Shown here: one piece after another, positions 62,821 through 64,000 of the stretch
Layout of the letters: each line of letters starts with the position of its first letter
Numbering within the stretch: position 1 is the first letter of the stretch
Source of the DNA: a virus
Direction: 5' to 3' (one strand)
Virus record (IMG/VR): IMGVR_UViG_3300025010_000004
Coordinates: 49,295-113,294 of that record
DNA: 64,000 bases
Position numbers and translations under genes: made by a program
Notes under the pieces: generated by a model
Database searches by the model: none
What the model saw: only the letters and a program-made list of their open reading frames with translations
What the model was told of the DNA's origin: nothing

Positions 62821-64000
62821 TCTTTGACCCACATTTTAGAAAATACACATCATTTAAAGATGAAGTAACTACAGTAGGTGCTACTTTAAATGAGAATCTA
62901 CAGGATCTTTTTAATCAACTTCCTCAGTTGCTTGTGTATCTTACTGCTCAGAACTCAGAAGAAGCTGACAAGACTTCGTTTAAGTTAAACGATAGCTATG
63001 TATTCGAGGCAGACTCGTTGTGGGTTGAAGTTACTGCCGAAGATGTGTTGTATGTTGGTAGGGATATTCCCGAAGGTGCTGGGGCTGTCGGAAAGATAAT
63101 TGCTGGGGTGGTACTAATAGTAGCTGGTATTATTAGTAATGTAATTTGGCCTGGGAATCCGTTTCAGACCTACTTATACACTACAGGAGCTTCTCTAATA
63201 ATAGGTGGAATCGCTGAGGCTATTATAGGGCAGCCTACACTCCCGACCTTTGATTCAGGCACCTCTACTTCGTCTACCTACACATTCTCAGGAATAAAAA
63301 ATACCACTACTCCAGGCACTCCTGTAAGTATTATTTACGGGGAGCATAGGGTAGGTGGGCATACTCTTAATGCATTTGTAGATGTTTTAGGAACCGATCA
63401 ATTTCTCTATGCTCAATATGGGTTGTCTGAAGGAGAGATAGATAGTATAGACGTAAATTCTATAAAAGTTAATGACCAAAATATAACACATTTCGAGGAT
63501 ATAGCTGCGTTCTGGCGCGCCGGTACTGTTAATAATGAACCCAAGTGGCCTCTAATTGCCCCTAAAGAAACTAGCAGTTACTATAATCTAAACACGTCTC
63601 CTATCTATGTCTACCCAGAGGAAACCGGGTTTGAATTTATACTACTAAATGCTGAGTATATTAACGGGGTATCAATACCTTTTAGCCACGGTATTTCTCA
63701 CCATACCTCTTCCTTTGACGATCGCATCACGGATACAATTATAAATAAAGTAGAACTTTATTCTGGGGGCACTTTACTAGCTACAAAAGAAAATGTATTT
63801 CCAGTTACAGCTTTCCGTGAGTGGGTTGTCCCCAGTGGTTCCCTGTTTGCATACATAATGAACCCATTTACTGCTACTGTAGACTTATCGTTTGACCCTG
63901 TAAATACTCCTATTACTGTTAAAGTGTATTTGTCTGAGTGGTTGTCATATTATAATGACCATAATCATACCAGAAAAACCACGTTAGTAGTTAATGATTA
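62811..64000 (+). CDS. fused gpI/gpJ-like tail tip (central fibre) protein, truncated by window
   Basis: Manual translation from TTG 62811: ubiquitin-like N-domain ..IPEGAG, TM pair, TYTFSG..NT..G.PV.IIYG..RVGG, LSEGEI. Confidence 0.85.
   Translation, partial: MRVIFDPHFRKYTSFKDEVTTVGATLNENLQDLFNQLPQLLVYLTAQNSEEADKTSFKLNDSYVFEADSLWVEVTAEDVLYVGRDIPEGAGAVGKIIAGVVLIVAGIISNVIWPGNPFQTYLYTTGASLIIGGIAEAIIGQPTLPTFDSGTSTSSTYTFSGIKNTTTPGTPVSIIYGEHRVGGHTLNAFVDVLGTDQFLYAQYGLSEGEIDSIDVNSIKVNDQNITHFEDIAAFWRAGTVNNEPKWPLIAPKETSSYYNLNTSPIYVYPEETGFEFILLNAEYINGVSIPFSHGISHHTSSFDDRITDTIINKVELYSGGTLLATKENVFPVTAFREWVVPSGSLFAYIMNPFTATVDLSFDPVNTPITVKVYLSEWLSYYNDHNHTRKTTLVVND

Overview
A 64-kb stretch of a large tailed dsDNA phage with siphovirus-type morphogenesis genes: HK97-like head and lambda-like tail tip. 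No host chromosomal genes are evident. (1) 1-31.5 kb is a leftward early/accessory arm. It holds a 10-gene paralogous family of unknown function ('EQTH' family), a Prs+Nampt NAD-reconstitution pair, RtcB, a CCA-adding enzyme, a divergent GluRS plus tRNA-Glu, LemA/TPM/pilin-like envelope genes, a SWIM-PolX and at least two structured non-coding RNA candidates. This arm is punctuated by 20 copies of the palindrome GTAGAA-N4-TTCTAC, which I did not find right of 32 kb. (2) About 28.2-32.6 kb is gene-poor, with 11-12-bp iteron-like repeats, long inverted repeats and six sigma54-type -24/-12 motifs; it is a candidate genome end or origin. (3) 32.6-43 kb is leftward: NADAR-like protein, tRNAs, PIN-PhoH and a glycosyltransferase/radical SAM/methyltransferase cluster. 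(4) 43.3-64 kb is the rightward late region: sigma-like factor, terminases, portal, protease, capsid, tail and two HNH endonucleases, with a TAATAAAA-N14-GTATATAA late-promoter motif. The pilin-like gene and sigma54 sites hint at a Desulfobacterota (Geobacter-like) host, which is inference only. Best candidates for undescribed systems: the palindrome network, the DIP1984-like protein with its heptad-repeat ncRNA, the EQTH family and the sigma54 site cluster. All family calls are from motif recognition by eye; no searches were run.
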